Below, piece after piece: positions 12,501-24,399 of a stretch of DNA of 64,000 nt. Made by a program: the position numbers and the translations under genes. Every line of letters begins with the position of its first letter. Within the stretch, counting starts at the first letter, position 1. The notes under the pieces are model-generated. The model was not told the origin of the DNA and ran no database searches. It saw nothing but the letters and a program-made list of their open reading frames with translations. This stretch comes from Somniosus microcephalus (Eukaryota), in NCBI GenBank assembly GCA_052327205.1, contig JBMRGM010000043.1, positions 30,876,001 through 30,940,000 of the forward strand. The letters are read 5' to 3'.

Positions 12501-15500
12501 TACTTCTGGAGAACTAATCTGGAAAGACAATATACAATAAAGGACTCGATTTTGAAAATGGTGGATGAGCAGAGATGACTTGGTGTGCTTATAAACAAAT
12601 TCTTAAATATGGCAGGACAAGTTGCTAAGTTGGTTAAAGCAGCATAGGGAACACTTGTATTTTTTAAATAGCGGCTTAGAATATAAAAGCAAAGAGAACA
12701 TGCTAGAACTTTTGAAATCAGTAGTTAGACCTCAGCTGGACAATTCTAGGCAGCAACTTGCCAAGGCTCCTTCGACAGCACCTCCGAAACCCGCTATCTC
12801 TTCCACCTAGAAGGACAAGGCGCATCAGAACACCACCTCCGAGTTCCCCTCCAAGTCAAACACCATCCTGCCTTAGAAGTATATCGCCGCTCCTTAATCG
12901 TCGCTTGGGCCAATATCCTGGAACTCCCTCCCTAACAGCACTGTGGGAGTACCTTCACCGCACGGACTGCAGCGGTTCAAGAAGGCAGCTAACCACCACC
13001 TTCTCAAGGGCAATTAGCGATGGGAAGTATATGATGGCGTTGTCAGCGATGCCCACATCCCAAATACGAATAAAATCACACTTCAGGAAACATGTAAGAG
13101 GCAAAGAAAGCATACAGAGGATGTTTACAGGATATTACCAGGGATGAGAGACTTTATTTACGAGGAGTGGTTGGAAAATTAGGAGGTGGAAGAGAGAAGG
13201 TTAAGGGGTGAGTCAATAGTGGTTTTCAAGAGGACGAGAGGTTTTGTTAGAGTAGATAGAGAAACAATATTCCCTCTTGATCAATAACTAGAGTTCGTAG
13301 ATTTAACATCATTGTAAAAAGATCTTGAGGGGAGATGTGGAGAACTATTTTTCATTCAGAGAGTTGTCGGTATCTAGAACACTCCACCTGAAAATTTGGT
13401 GGAAGCTATTTCCATCAATAACTTTAGCAGTTAATTGGACGGATCTTTGAGGATGAGGACCTTACAGGGCTGCAGACAAAAGCCAGGGATATGGGACTAA
13501 GCAGGATTGCTCCTTCAAGGAGTTCTATGTTCTCTGTAGCTACTGCTGAATGTTTCTATGATGCTGTAACATTTCGTTGAAAGTGAACTTTGAGTTGTTG
13601 ATGCATGAATCCTTAATATCTAAGAATATTTTCGTGCAAAGGGTGACAACTGAAAATAGATCTGTACCTCCGAGTGAAGAAACATCTGCGAGCAATTTCG
13701 AGTATGCAGTTGGGGGATCAGCCCCAAATACTGGTAAGCATGAACTGACACTTGAAAAATATGGTAGATTGTTCACGGTAACATTTGTTCTGCTGGTAAC
13801 CCACTGTCACATCAGTGGAAGTTCAGTGAAAACTTTAGGGAGACGGCCGTTTCACATGACTTGCGCCAATATTCCGCCGACATTGCGACGAGACATGGTG
13901 GAAATCGACCATGGACATTGGAGATCTTCATCTGCAAGCATTCAGCATACTCTAGTTAGATTTATAACTTACTGCCTGGACAGGTAGCATCGCATGGGTT
14001 GAGCATACGAAGGGAAATAGTTTGGGGTCTTTGGCACGGTCCATTTGAACCATGTTGATAGAAAGAAATGCAGGTGGTTCAGTAAAGGATGTGCCTGTTG
14101 CCCCAGCAGACTGAGCTGTCTGCGCTCTTTGCAGATGATGCTAACTGCTCCGACGCCAAGACAAAAAGCTACCCCTTATTCCCTTTTCCTTTTGAATTAA
14201 TTATTTCCTCTACTTCTCCTTCTCATCTTTTTCTGAAGTTAGTGGGTCCCAATCGGCCGGGATTGATAGGAAGGCATCTGGGTGCTAGTCCATATGTGTT
14301 AATCTCAGAAACTGATAATCAGACATAATGAGCAATATCTTGAGTACTCAATTGACATTGGGACCTGTCTCCTCACAACCACTACAAATCAAATTTCCAA
14401 GCAAAGAATGATGGAACTGGACCTCTCACCGCTATCTGGGTGAAAGGAATGGAGAGAATGAGAGAATGTGCTGCTCACCGCCACCCTGTTTACAAGCAAG
14501 CGACTCAGCCCAGCCCCATGGCTTGGGACCAAGACACTTCATGACTTTGCTCACGGGACTTTGGATCAGCTTGTATTGATCAGGGTAAATAGTTGCTAGC
14601 TTTTAAAACCAGTGAACACAGCTGTAAATTTCCAATCATGAATTGTAGGATGGGTCTGGTATCGAAGTGCTTCCTTGATTATCATTGATCGCAGTTTCCT
14701 CTTTCTCTCTCTACAGCTTCTAGTTCTGATCAGGTAACCTACAGTTTAGTACAAGGCACGAAGCCCATGGAAGGTAAGGAATCGCTGCGTTACTTTGCTA
14801 GAGGGCTTGTTAACTACTGTAAGTGTAGCGTCTGTCTTCAGTTTGTGAGACGTCATCTGGGAAGAGCCTGAATCGATTGATGCATTATAGGACTGACACC
14901 ACAATACCAGTATTTGTAAAAGAAAAAATCACTATAGGCTCTTTGTAAGTTCCATCTCTCGGGATTAGTATCCTTAGAACCTGCACACAAACTCCCCTGT
15001 TCTGGTTTTTTGATAACATCATAACTGGCCGGACTATTAATGTTGCCATAAACTGCAATGACGATAACAAATGCTTAATATAAGTCGATCGATACATTTG
15101 AAGGCAAATAATGTGTACTTTTGGTGGCAAACATCATCCATTCTTGGACATTTAAATCAATGCTATTCAATTAATGGTTATATATCATCCTTATTAAACT
15201 GATGGAAATGACATGATCTATTCCCATGCACTATATTCATATGGATACTAATACGGTTGTCTCAATTCATTATCGCTATCAATTAATTTATATCAAGTAA
15301 TCAATCAGTCTACCTTTGTAAATGGCTATCCATTTATCCATCAATATGTTTCTATCTATGTATCTATCTATCTTTATATCTATTTTCCAAATATTTATAT
15401 CTTTCTATCTATCTCCCCGTGTCTTCCTCCCTATTTCTCTATATATATCTATCGTCTCTCTATCATCTATATATTAATCCCTCGTTTTTGTCTTGTTTTC

Positions 15501-18500
15501 TCTTTTTGTTTCTGTTTAGATATTACCGGAAATGCTGCCAATTTAGTGTATTCGGAGGTCACGATCAGAAAGTCACGAGACTGTGGTAAATTCTGTGAAT
15601 TGTTCGCTGCTGTTGCTAAGGGAGATGATAATTACAGTTCTAGATAATGTTGGGATATTCCTGTGCTTGGTACAGTGGGAATGAGGCACATGGACTGTAA
15701 ACTAAATAGTGGGGGTTGGGAATCAGGTGAAGGGGAACTTCGAAAGTCAAAGAGAAGGTAGAAGGTAATAGTGCAAGGTAGCGATAGGGTTAATGATAAC
15801 TAGAGAGTGACAGGAGGAGATAGAGCATACAAACATAAACATGCAACTACACATAGATTCAGAGTCGGTAAAAATGGTATAAAATAAATAAAAGTTATTT
15901 ATCTGAATGCACACAGCATTCGTAACAAGATAGATGAGTTGGCGGCATGAAGAGAAATAAATGTGTGTGATCTGAAAGCCATTACAGAGACGGGGTTGCA
16001 AGGTGACCAAGGCTGGGAACTGAATATTCAGGGGTATTTGACATTTCGGAAGAATAGGCAGAAAGCAAAAGGAGTTGGGTAGCTCTTTTAATAAAGGATG
16101 ATATAAGTGCAGTGACGAGAAATGATATTGCCTCAGGAAATCAAGATGTAGATATAGTTTAAACGGAGAGAAGAAATAATAAGTGAAATAAGTCACTAGA
16201 GGGAGCAATCTATAGGCCTCGTAAAAGTACCTACACTGTAGGACAGAGTATAAATCTTGAAATAATATTGGCTTGTAAGAAATATACTGTGATAATCATG
16301 GGCAATTTTAATCTTTATATAGATTGAACAAATCGAATTGACAAGGTTAGCCTTGAGGACGAGTTCATAGAATGGATTCAGGATGTTTTGCTAGAACAAT
16401 ACGCTGTGGAATCAACCAGGGAGAAGGCTATTTTAGACCTGGCAATATGTAATGAGGCAGGATTAATTCATGATCTCATGGTAAAGGATTCTCTAGGGAA
16501 CAGTGATCATAGCATGATGAATTTCTAATTCAGTTTGAGGGTGAGAAACTTGGGTCTGAAACTAGTGTCCTAAACTTAAATAAAGGCAGTTACAAAGGTA
16601 TGAAGGCAGAGTTGGCTAACGTAGACTGGGAAAATAGATTAATGAGTAAGACGGTAGAAAATCAGTGACAGGTATTTAAGGATATTTTTCGTAACTCTCA
16701 GCAAAGATTTATTCCAGCGTCAAAGACAGACTCTACGAGAAGGATGAACATCTGTGGCTAACTAAAGAAGTTAAAGACGGTATCAAATTGAAAGAAAAGG
16801 CAGATAATGTTGCAAAAATTAGTGGTAGGTCAGAGGATTGGGAGATTTTTGGAATTCGGCACAGGATGAATAAAAAACTAATAAAGAGGAAGAAATAGAT
16901 TATGAAAGGAAACTAGCACAAAATATAAAGAAACAGACAGTAAGAGCTTCTACATGTATATAAATGGGAAGAGAATAGCTAAAGTAAACGTTGGTCACTT
17001 AGAGGATGGGACTGGGGAATTAATAATGGGAAACAGGGAAATGGCAGAGACTTTGAATACACTAAAAGCATCACAATAATAATTGGTAATCAAGGGCTAT
17101 GTTCACAATATATATCAGTAATTTAGGTGAGGGTACCAAATGTAATATTTTCAAGTTTGCTGACGTCACGAAACCAGGTGGGATTGTGAGTTGTGAGGAG
17201 GATGCAAAGAGGCTTCAAGGTGATTTGGAGAAGTTGAGTGAATGGGCAAATACATGGCAGATGCAGTATAACGTGGATAAATGTGAAGTTATCCATTTCG
17301 GTACAAAAAACAGAAAGGCTGATTATTATTTAAATGTTGATAGATTGGGAAATGCTGAATTACAGAAGGACCTGGCCGTCCCTGTACACCAGTCACTGAA
17401 AGCAAACATGGAGGTGCAGCAAGCAGTTAGGATGGCAAATTATATGTTGGCCTCCATTGCAAGATGACTTAAGTAGAGGAAAAATGAAACCTTACTACAT
17501 TATACGTGGCCTTGGTGAGACCTTGTGCATTTTTGGTCTCCTCACCTAAGAAAGGATAAACTTGCCACAGAGGGAGTGCAGCGAATGTTCACCAGTCTGA
17601 TTCCTGGGAAAGCAGGACTGTCGGATGAGCAGAGATTTGGTCGACTAGGCCTGTATTCACTAGAGTTTAGAAGAATGAGAGGGGATCTCATTGAAACGTA
17701 TAAAATTCTGACAGTGCTAGACAGACGGGATGCAGGGAGGATGTTTCCCTGGCTGGGCGGGTGGGGTCTAGAACGATGGGTCACAGTCTCAGGATGCGGG
17801 GTAGGACATTTAGGACTGAGATGAGGAGAAATTTCTTCACTCAGAGGGTGGTGAACCTATGTAATTCTCTACCACAGATAGCTGTCGAGGCCAAGTAACT
17901 GAATATATTTTTAGAAGGAGATAGATAGATTTCGAGACACAAAAGGCATCAAGGGGTATGAGTAGAGAGCGCGAATATGATATTGAAATAGATAATCAGC
18001 CATGATCACTTGAATGGCGAGCAGGCTCAAAGGGACGAATGGCCTACTCCTGCTACTAATTTTCAATTCACTATGTTTTCTAAATCAATGACTATCACTA
18101 GAGAAAAACTGCGAGGCAAATTAATGAGACTAAAGACTGACAATTGCCCTGGACCTGATGGCCTACTTTCAAGGGTCTTAAAAGAAGAGGCTCCAGAGAT
18201 ACTGGATGCGTTGTTTGTAATCGACCAAAATTCCATGGATTCTGGTGAGCTCCCAGTGCCTTGGAGAACCGCAAATGTAGCACTTCTATTAAAGAAAGGA
18301 GGGAGGCAAAAAGCAGGAAACTATAGGCCAGTTAGCCTAACATCTGCCATTGGGAAAATGCGGGAATCCATTATTAAGGAAGTAATAGCAGGACATTTAG
18401 AAAATCCTAATGCAAACAAGCAGAGTCAACATGGTTTTATGGAAGGGAAATTGTGCTTGACAAATTTACCAGAGTTCTTTGAGGATGTAATGAGCAGGGT

Positions 18501-21500
18501 GGATAAAGGGGGACCATTAGATGTGGTGTATTTGAATTTCCAGCAGGCATTCGATAAGGTGCCACATAAAAGGTTACTGCACAAGATAAGAGCTCATGGG
18601 GTTGGGAGTAATATATTAGCATGGATAGTGGATAGGATAACTAACAGAAAAATAAAAAGCCGGGATAAATGGGTCATTTTCCAGTTGGCAAACTTTAACT
18701 AGTGGGGTGCCACAAGAATCATTGCTGGGGCCTCAACTATTTACACTCTATAGTAATGACCGGGCCAAATTTGCTGATGATACAAAGATAGGTGGGAAAC
18801 AAATTGTGAGGAGTACACAATTAGTTTGCAAATATAGATATGTTAAGTAAGTGGGCAAAAATATCGCAGATGAAGATTAATGTGGGAAAATGTGAGATTA
18901 TCAACTTTGGTAAGAAAATTAAAACAACAAATTATTATTTAAATGGAGGGAGACTATTTAATCCTGCCATACAGAGGGATCTGGGTGTCCTCGTATTTGA
19001 AACACAAAAGGTTAGCATTCAGGTACAGAAAGTAATTAGGAAGGCAAATAGAATGTTGTCCTTTATTGCCAGGGGGTGGAGCATTAAAGTAGGGAAATCT
19101 TGCTACAACTGGAGTACTGCGTGCAGTTTTGGTCTCCTTATTTCAGGCGGGATATACCTGCATTGGAGATAGTTCAGAGAGGGTTCACTAGGCTAATTCC
19201 TGAGATGAAGCGATTGTCTTCTGAAGAAATGTTGAGCAGGATGGGCCCATACACATTGGAGTTTAGAAGAATGAGAGGTGATCCTATTGAAACATATAAG
19301 ATTCTGAGGGAGCCTGACAGGGTAGATTTAGGGAGGATGTTTCCCCTCGTGGGGGAATCTAGAAGTAGGGGGCACAGTCTCAGGATAAGGGATCGCCCAT
19401 TTAAAATGGCGATGAGGAGTAATTTCTTCTCTGAGGTTCGTGAATCTTTGGAATTCTCTACCCCAGTGAGCTGTGGAGGCGGAGTCATTGATTGTATTCA
19501 AGGCAGAGATAGACATATATGTGAGCTACAGGGGAGTGAAGGTTTTTGAGGAGCGGATGGGAAAGTGGCGTTGAGGGCAATATCAGATGAGACATGATCT
19601 TATTGAATGGTGGTGCAGGTTCGAGGGACCGAATGGCCTACTCTTGCTTCTATTGCTTATGTTTCTTATGAAATATCACGTAGATGTTATTAGCACATGT
19701 AATTTTTACCTTACTCAGCCTGGCCGAAAATGGACAGGGTCTGGTGAAATGCCGGTTTTCAATCGCACCCATTTTTACTCTCCTACTACAATGGAGAGAA
19801 AATCCACTGGGGATAAACCCAGAAATTGTCCCGATCCCTTCAGTTTACCGGCAGGGTAGGTGAGATTAAAATGACCCCGGATTAGGCTGGATTAATCTAA
19901 TTCTGCTCATCAACTTCCCCAGATTGTTTCATTTATAATGCGTCTCCTTTATTTACAGGTAATGATGGTGGCGCCTCAGGAAGGAAACAGGTAAGTTATC
20001 TTTATAGGGGAAAGATGCTGCTGATAAATACCACGACCAATGCGGGTAGATTTCTAACTTACCTTCGCAAAGTAAAGTGTCAGCCATCAGTTATAGCAAT
20101 GGCCCGATTGATACACACACCCTTATTGAAAAGATAGTCGTTTGGACTGTGAACCGAGCAGCACATTCGCTGTCACCCGTTATGGTCCCACACTGCCCAA
20201 AAGCAATTTTAAACCTGATGTCTATTATTCTCTATCATTGGGGCAGATATTCTGCTTGCTTCTTGGGCTTAATAGAGGCAATCAGGATCTTTCACGCAGA
20301 ATAGAAAACGCACACATTTAATTTGCATTGATTTGAATTAAAAGTAGAATCCGGCGGTTCCGATCACTGCAAGTTTTAAGCCTTGACCCAATTTCTAATA
20401 TCCACATCATTCTGTCTGCAAAGGTCATCACTAAACTGAATATATTGTCTCCACCCCACTCAAGTAGCCAGTGAATAGTAATTTAATTCCCGACGATTAT
20501 TTTAAAAATTCAGTTACCAGTTGTTTACAAAATGGTAAAGACAATTGTAGATTCATTCCCCCGAAAGTTCATTGCAATCATGGGTGCAGTAGCTTAGTGG
20601 TGACATAACTGGACTTCGACTAATGATCCGAAGAAATGAATTCAAATCCCACCACCGGCAGCTGGGGAATGTAAACTCAGTTAAATAAATAAATCTGGGA
20701 TAAAAAGCTGATAACAGTAAAGGTGACCACGACACTCTCAGGTTGTTGTAAAACCCAACTAATGTCCTCCAGGAAGGAAATTGGCTGTCCTTACCTGGTC
20801 TACCCTATATGTGACTCCAGACCCACTGCCAATGTGGTTGACAGTTAACTGCCCCTGAAATGGCCGAGCAAGCGGCGCAATTGCAACAAACCATTACGAA
20901 AAGATGTTACCCCTATGGTAACACCTTCCCCTCCAAGTCACACACCATCCTGACTTGGAAGTACATTGCCATTCCTTCATCGTCGCTGGGTCAAACTCCT
21001 GGAACTCCCTGTCTAACAGCACTGTGGCATAACCTTCACCACACAGATGCAGCATTCCAAGAAGGCGGCTCACCACCACCTTCTCCAAGGCAATTAGGGA
21101 GGAGCAATAAATGCGGGCCTTGCCAGTGATGCCCACATCCTGTGAATGAATAAAAAATTATCATCCCTTGTTTAAATTTAGTCATTGGTTTATTCATTGC
21201 TCGTTTCATTCTAACCATTTTCTTTAATTTTTTTGCTATAAAATAAATTCAGAGAGGAATCATAAGTGTATTTTTGTGTGACCTCAGCCAGTTAATTGTC
21301 ATTAGTTTTGAACACACTGAAAATCGGGCGATATTGAATTGGCCATCCATTATCCATCTCTCCCGACTTCCCTTCCACTGAAATAACCACTGATTCTACC
21401 TCGCCAGCTGTGCACCACCGCCTGAGACCAATTTCAGCTTCCTGTTCATTAATTCCAGGCTAACAAGAATGGTCCCAACGACTATTGTGTCACATACGCC

Positions 21501-21587
21501 ATAGTTAACCGTGCAAACACTGAAGCTAGTTTGGAAGGAGGCCCAATGGAAGAAGGCTGTGTCTACGAAAACTTTCCACGGAAATAA
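313..21587 (+). CDS. Gene A: FCRL-like multi-Ig inhibitory receptor, 5'-partial (13 coding exons in window: 313-588, 1918-2196, 3271-3528, 6376-6654, 7843-8121, 8812-9099, 10953-11054, 11582-11612, 13642-13733, 14717-14773, 15520-15585, 19959-19990, 21459-21587)
   Basis: All exons are bounded by AG/GT, with compatible phases and an open joined frame (2168 nt + 1 upstream nt = 723 codons including the stop). Encodes Ig domains starting ELFxxP / PVSKP, a TM, and VTYSLV, LVYSEV, VTYAIV, VYENF motifs. Confidence 0.8.
1918..2196 (+). CDS. Gene A Ig exon (type B: EVFSIPTL...LAC...FYKDG...DSGNYWS); second Ig Cys replaced by Ser
   Basis: tttatAG / C|GTGAG, 279 nt, phase 1-1; paralogous to 7843-8121 and 36355-36633. 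Confidence 0.85.
3271..3528 (+). CDS. Gene A Ig exon (type C: RKVAFNVDPPSVLEGGVLNLNC...FYKG...DSRSYHC)
   Basis: cattAG / G|GTACG, 258 nt, phase 1-1, two cysteines in Ig spacing. Confidence 0.85.
3664..4375. mobile_element. MITE-like non-autonomous DNA element with imperfect TIRs and an AT-rich core
   Basis: Ends GGCCTTGAATTTCC...GGAAAACTTGGCCC; internally similar to 63160-63914 and (inverted) to 24743-25442. Confidence 0.6.
5189..6278 (+). mobile_element. 5'-truncated CR1 LINE with 6-bp TSD ATTCTC
   Basis: RT C-terminus (KFADNTKL...WQMQYNVDKC...RPHLEYCVQFWS...RRMRGDLIE); TTCTATG tail; ATTCTC at 5183-5188 and 6279-6284; absent at the paralogous sites (~215, ~34645). Confidence 0.92.
5625..5770 (-). 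mobile_element. Truncated HE1-like SINE 3' end nested in the CR1
   Basis: Interrupts the CR1 ORF between LRKD and AMEGVQRR; reads as an antisense CR1-type tail plus a SINE core (family assignment from memory). Confidence 0.6.
6376..6654 (+). CDS. Gene A Ig exon (type A copy: ELFTKPKL...FIC...DSGTYQC)
   Basis: Not in the ORF track; translated by hand as an open 279 nt exon, cacAG / G|GTATG, paralogous to 313-588. Confidence 0.9.
7843..8121 (+). CDS. Gene A Ig exon (type B copy: ELFSEPTL...LAC...DSGIYRC)
   Basis: tttatAG / C|GTGAG, 279 nt, both Cys present. Confidence 0.9.
8812..9099 (+). CDS. Gene A Ig exon (type D: PVSKPEL...LTCSVFNGSTPITYIFYK...GDYSC)
   Basis: ttgcAG / G|GTGAG, 288 nt; the GSxPIxYxFY motif resembles FCRL/PECAM-type membrane-proximal domains. 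Confidence 0.9.
9485..10080 (-). mobile_element. L2/CR1-group LINE 3' fragment (paralogue ~38188-38790)
   Basis: Minus strand of the paralogue encodes HSLHHxxTVAAVCTIYKMHC...; same family as 12745-13075 and the tail of 20580-21155. Confidence 0.7.
10082..10103 (+). pseudogene. Remnant (last 22 nt plus donor) of a deleted Ig exon type E in gene A
   Basis: TATATCGATATCATGGTACCAG|GT matches the 3' end of exon 39464-39753; the ~950 bp upstream of it in gene B is absent here. Confidence 0.8.
10953..11054 (+). CDS. Gene A transmembrane exon (AQSHTTAITAAVLPLFLIATLIALVSFKLRKKKQ)
   Basis: ttccAG / G|GTGAG; hydrophobic run without a charged residue followed by a basic stop-transfer segment. Confidence 0.9.
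11582..11612 (+). CDS. Gene A cytoplasmic exon 1 (DNSSSVSQPQG)
   Basis: ttttatccAG / GG|GTAAGT, phase 1-2; identical coding sequence at 41211-41241. Confidence 0.8.
11900..13530 (+). mobile_element. Old degenerate CR1 RT fragment with a nested L2-like piece (12745-13075); paralogue ~41505-43140
   Basis: QHGFV.GKSCLTNLIEFFDEVT..., GVPQGS-like and ADDT-like motifs with many stops and frameshifts. Confidence 0.8.
13642..13733 (+). CDS. Gene A cytoplasmic exon 2 (VTTENRSVPPSEETSASNFEYAVGGSAPNT)
   Basis: phase 2-1, G|GTAAG donor; homologues at 43242 and 61341. Confidence 0.75.
14717..14773 (+). CDS. Gene A cytoplasmic exon 3 with ITIM VTYSLV
   Basis: pyrimidine tract + ctacAG / G|GTAAG, 57 nt, phase 1-1. 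Confidence 0.85.
15520..15585 (+). CDS. Gene A cytoplasmic exon 4 with ITIM LVYSEV
   Basis: long pyrimidine tract + ttAG / G|GTAAA, 66 nt, phase 1-1. Confidence 0.85.
15670..19670 (+). mobile_element. Cluster of three CR1 fragments (endonuclease part ~15670-17090; 3' ends ~17095-18075 and ~18085-19670)
   Basis: YLNAHSIRNK and MGNFN (APE-like), PGPDG, NYRPVSLTS, QHGFMEGK, AFDKVPH and KFADDTK motifs; disrupted. Confidence 0.9.
19959..19990 (+). CDS. Gene A cytoplasmic exon 5 (GNDGGASGRKQ)
   Basis: ttacAG / CAG|GTAAGT, phase 1-0; conserved at 50082-50113. Confidence 0.8.
20580..21155 (+). mobile_element. SINE with a tRNA-like head and L2-like tail (paralogue ~50696-51285)
   Basis: A-box-like TAGCTTAGTGG, B-box-like TTCAAATCCC, 3' end shared with the L2-like fragments and ending in GAATGAATAAAAAA. 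Confidence 0.65.
21459..21587 (+). CDS. Gene A last coding exon (ANKNGPNDYCVTYAIVNR...GCVYENFPRK*)
   Basis: ttccAG phase-0 acceptor, ITIM VTYAIV, terminal YEN, TAA 21585-21587; frame and stop conserved in gene B. Confidence 0.85.
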   Translation, partial: ANKNGPNDYCVTYAIVNRANTEASLEGGPMEEGCVYENFPRK

Positions 21588-22569
21588 GAGCAAAGCAGGA
21601 TTAACAAGCATAGAAACAACAAAGAAAACAGAATGGAGGCAACGGCAATCAACTTGTGCTCTGCACAAATTACCTGCCCTCAGGGACTTTAGTCTGAAGG
21701 CAGGTTAGGCCATTGTTCCTTGTGCAAGGCCTTCTAGGCACAGAGTTCGTGCCCGCCAGCCATTCAATTTATACGTATGTTTTACTCTGACAGGACTTTA
21801 TATCTCTGCAGCTTATATTTTGCAGAGGGCTCCTACCTCTGGCTTTGGTGGTGCTACCTGCAAGACTATACTGTTTGTAAGACCATTACATCAGAATGTA
21901 TACCCATTTTATCCATGTTAAAATGCAATTAACTAACGGGCGTGTTGGGGCTCTTGCTCTAATATTCTGCCAGTGTTCTTGAATGCTTCCGTAACTGCAG
22001 AGGGAGATCAGTAGATCTTCTGGAGAAATTATGCAAATGGCTGAAGGTGGGAGAAAACCTGTAGCAATTTCCAGGGTCAATTTTTTCTTTAATAATGTTG
22101 TAAAATGAATGCTATCAAATTGACCGCTTGTATAACCCCACGGCCTATTTACTTTTCCATTATTTTGAATAAAGGAAAAGCGGGCATGATGTACAATGGG
22201 AGCCTTGATTGATATCATACATTTCCCATCCTCGCCCAAATTCCAATCTATCTGAATGCCACAAATAAACTGTGTATAGAGTAACTGGTTACTGCTTAAT
22301 CTTCATCACCTTGGGGTTTAGCATTCGAGGGGCAGAGCGCAGGATAATACATCTGGCGGGGAGGATGGCTTGTTACTTGCAAAACCCATCGAATTTTGCT
22401 TTCTTTCAGCCTTTAAACATCAGGCCATTCCGTTACCGGTATCCCTCTTGCCAAATCTTCCATCCACATTCTGGCGGTAAAGTCTGAACTCTACCTCACC
22501 ATATATTAGTGCCAAATGCATAAGACATAGCGTTTTGTATTGCTACATGATATGATGGGATTTTAAAAA

Positions 22570-23780
22570 TTACACAGAATTTAAAGCACAGTAACCGGCC
22601 ATTCTGACCAACAGGTCTGTGCTTGTGTTTATGATGCACACGAGACTCTTCTCACCTTCTTTCGTCTAATCCTATCAATATCTCCTTTAATTCCTTTCTC
22701 TCATATGTACTTATCTAGATTACCCTTTAAGATATCTGTGTTGTTAGCCTCCACCACCTAAACTTCTGGAATTTCTATAAGTGGACTCCTCTTCTCTATG
22801 CCTACCCTATCAAACCCCTTCATAATTTAAAATAACTCTACTCGTTCTCCCCTCAGACTTCTGTTTTCTACAGAAAAGAATCCCGATCTATTAGTTATAT
22901 CTTGAGAGTTAAGACGTTTCATTTCTGGTATAATGCTCCTCAATACGTTTTACCTTCTCTTTTTCCTCTATGCATTTTGTAATATATAACAATAAAGAAC
23001 ATAAGAAGTAGGAGCAGGAGTAGACCATATGGAGCCTCGAGGCTGCTCTTGCATTCAATAAGATCATGGCTGATCTTCAAACTTAACTGCACTTGTTTGC
23101 CCGGTCTCCATGTCCCATGTATCCACTAGAATCCAAAAATCGATCTTATCTCAGCCTTGAATGTACTGAACGATTCTGCATGCACAGCTAATTGGGAAAG
23201 ATAATTCCAAAGAGTAACTAACCTCTGAGTGAAGACATTTCTCCTCATCGCTGACCCATATCTTGAGACGATGCCCCCTAGTTATAGACTCTCCAGCCAG
23301 GGGATACAGCCTGTCAGCATATAACCTGCAAATCCCCCTCAGAATCTTATGTTTCAATGAGCTCACCCCTCATTCTTCTAAAATCCAGTGCTTATGGTCT
23401 CAATCTACTCAATCTTTCCTCATCGGACAACCCTCTCATCCCGGGAATCAATCTAGTGGAGCTGCATTGAACCGCCTCTAAAATGGAGACCACAAGTGTA
23501 CACAATACTTTAATGTGGCCCAACTACGTTTCTATACAAATTTAACATGGCTTCTCTGCTTTTCAATGCATTTCCTCTAGAAATGCACTTCAATACTTTG
23601 GTAGCATTTTTAGGGCCTTGTCAAATTGCGTTACTAATTTTAATGATTTGTGAATGTGTACCCCTGGATACCTTTGCTCCTCTGCCACATTTAGATTCTT
23701 ATTTTGCGAGGATAAAGTGCTTCCTCATTCCTTCTACCAAAATTCACAAACTAACTATGTTAAAATTCGCTTGCCATGTA
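22570..23780 (-). mobile_element. Nested antisense CR1 3' fragments (paralogue ~52740-53650)
   Basis: Reverse complement of CR1 tails (AAGAACATAAGAAGTAGGAGCAGGAGTAG...) and a decayed RT C-terminus. Confidence 0.75.
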
Positions 23781-23855
23781 GATGCCCATTCAGCATGATT
23801 ATTACCGTCTTTTTATATTTTATCGTGCTTCGACAATAACTTTTTATCGCTGAAT

Positions 23856-23861
23856 AATAAA
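23856..23861 (+). terminator. Candidate polyadenylation signal for gene A
   Basis: AATAAA conserved in the duplicate (53712-53717) with a GT-rich stretch downstream; the nearer AATAAA sites are not conserved. Confidence 0.3.
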
Positions 23862-24399
23862 TATAATGTTAAGAAATATTCCCTGTTGTTCACAGATTGA
23901 GACATAAGTGTAAGTCTATTCACTAGGATTTCAACCAAACCTTCTGCTAATTCAATGCACAAATAAAGTGGCTTTAGTTTGAAACTGGGCAATGACCATG
24001 CCTTTCTGCCGGTGTTTCACTGGAGACTCTCTCCCAATGATTGGGTAGGACAGGGGAGGAAAAATGTATTTCTGGTGTCTTTCACTCATATTCCGGTGCA
24101 TATTTAAAATATATATATTTATTTTAATCAATAAGTATTCTTGGATGCAGCACAATATGAATATGGTAACAATTAATTCTGAAGATGGCTCCAAAATGAT
24201 TAATTTTTCGGAAAATTAGAGAATGTAATAACAAAAAATTTGTTAGTTTCTTATGGGCATTCCATATATTTATATAGCGCATTCTCAGTCTGTTTTAATC
24301 TACCTATCGAACTAACTCTCTGTGTTTGACTTACGACCTATCTAAATATCTGTCTGTTTCTTCATCCTCAGTCTAACAAATAATCAAAGGCATGCATCA

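Noticed and set aside
18010-18702. 230-aa RT-like ORF as an active or domesticated reverse transcriptase
   Set aside because: It is a fragment of CR1 ORF2 that is frameshifted before the catalytic region; the paralogous copy is broken at different positions
21511-21708. ORF-track peptides overlapping the last exons (also 51596-51823)
   Set aside because: Wrong frame; the splice-compatible frame encodes the ITIM/YEN tail and a conserved stop
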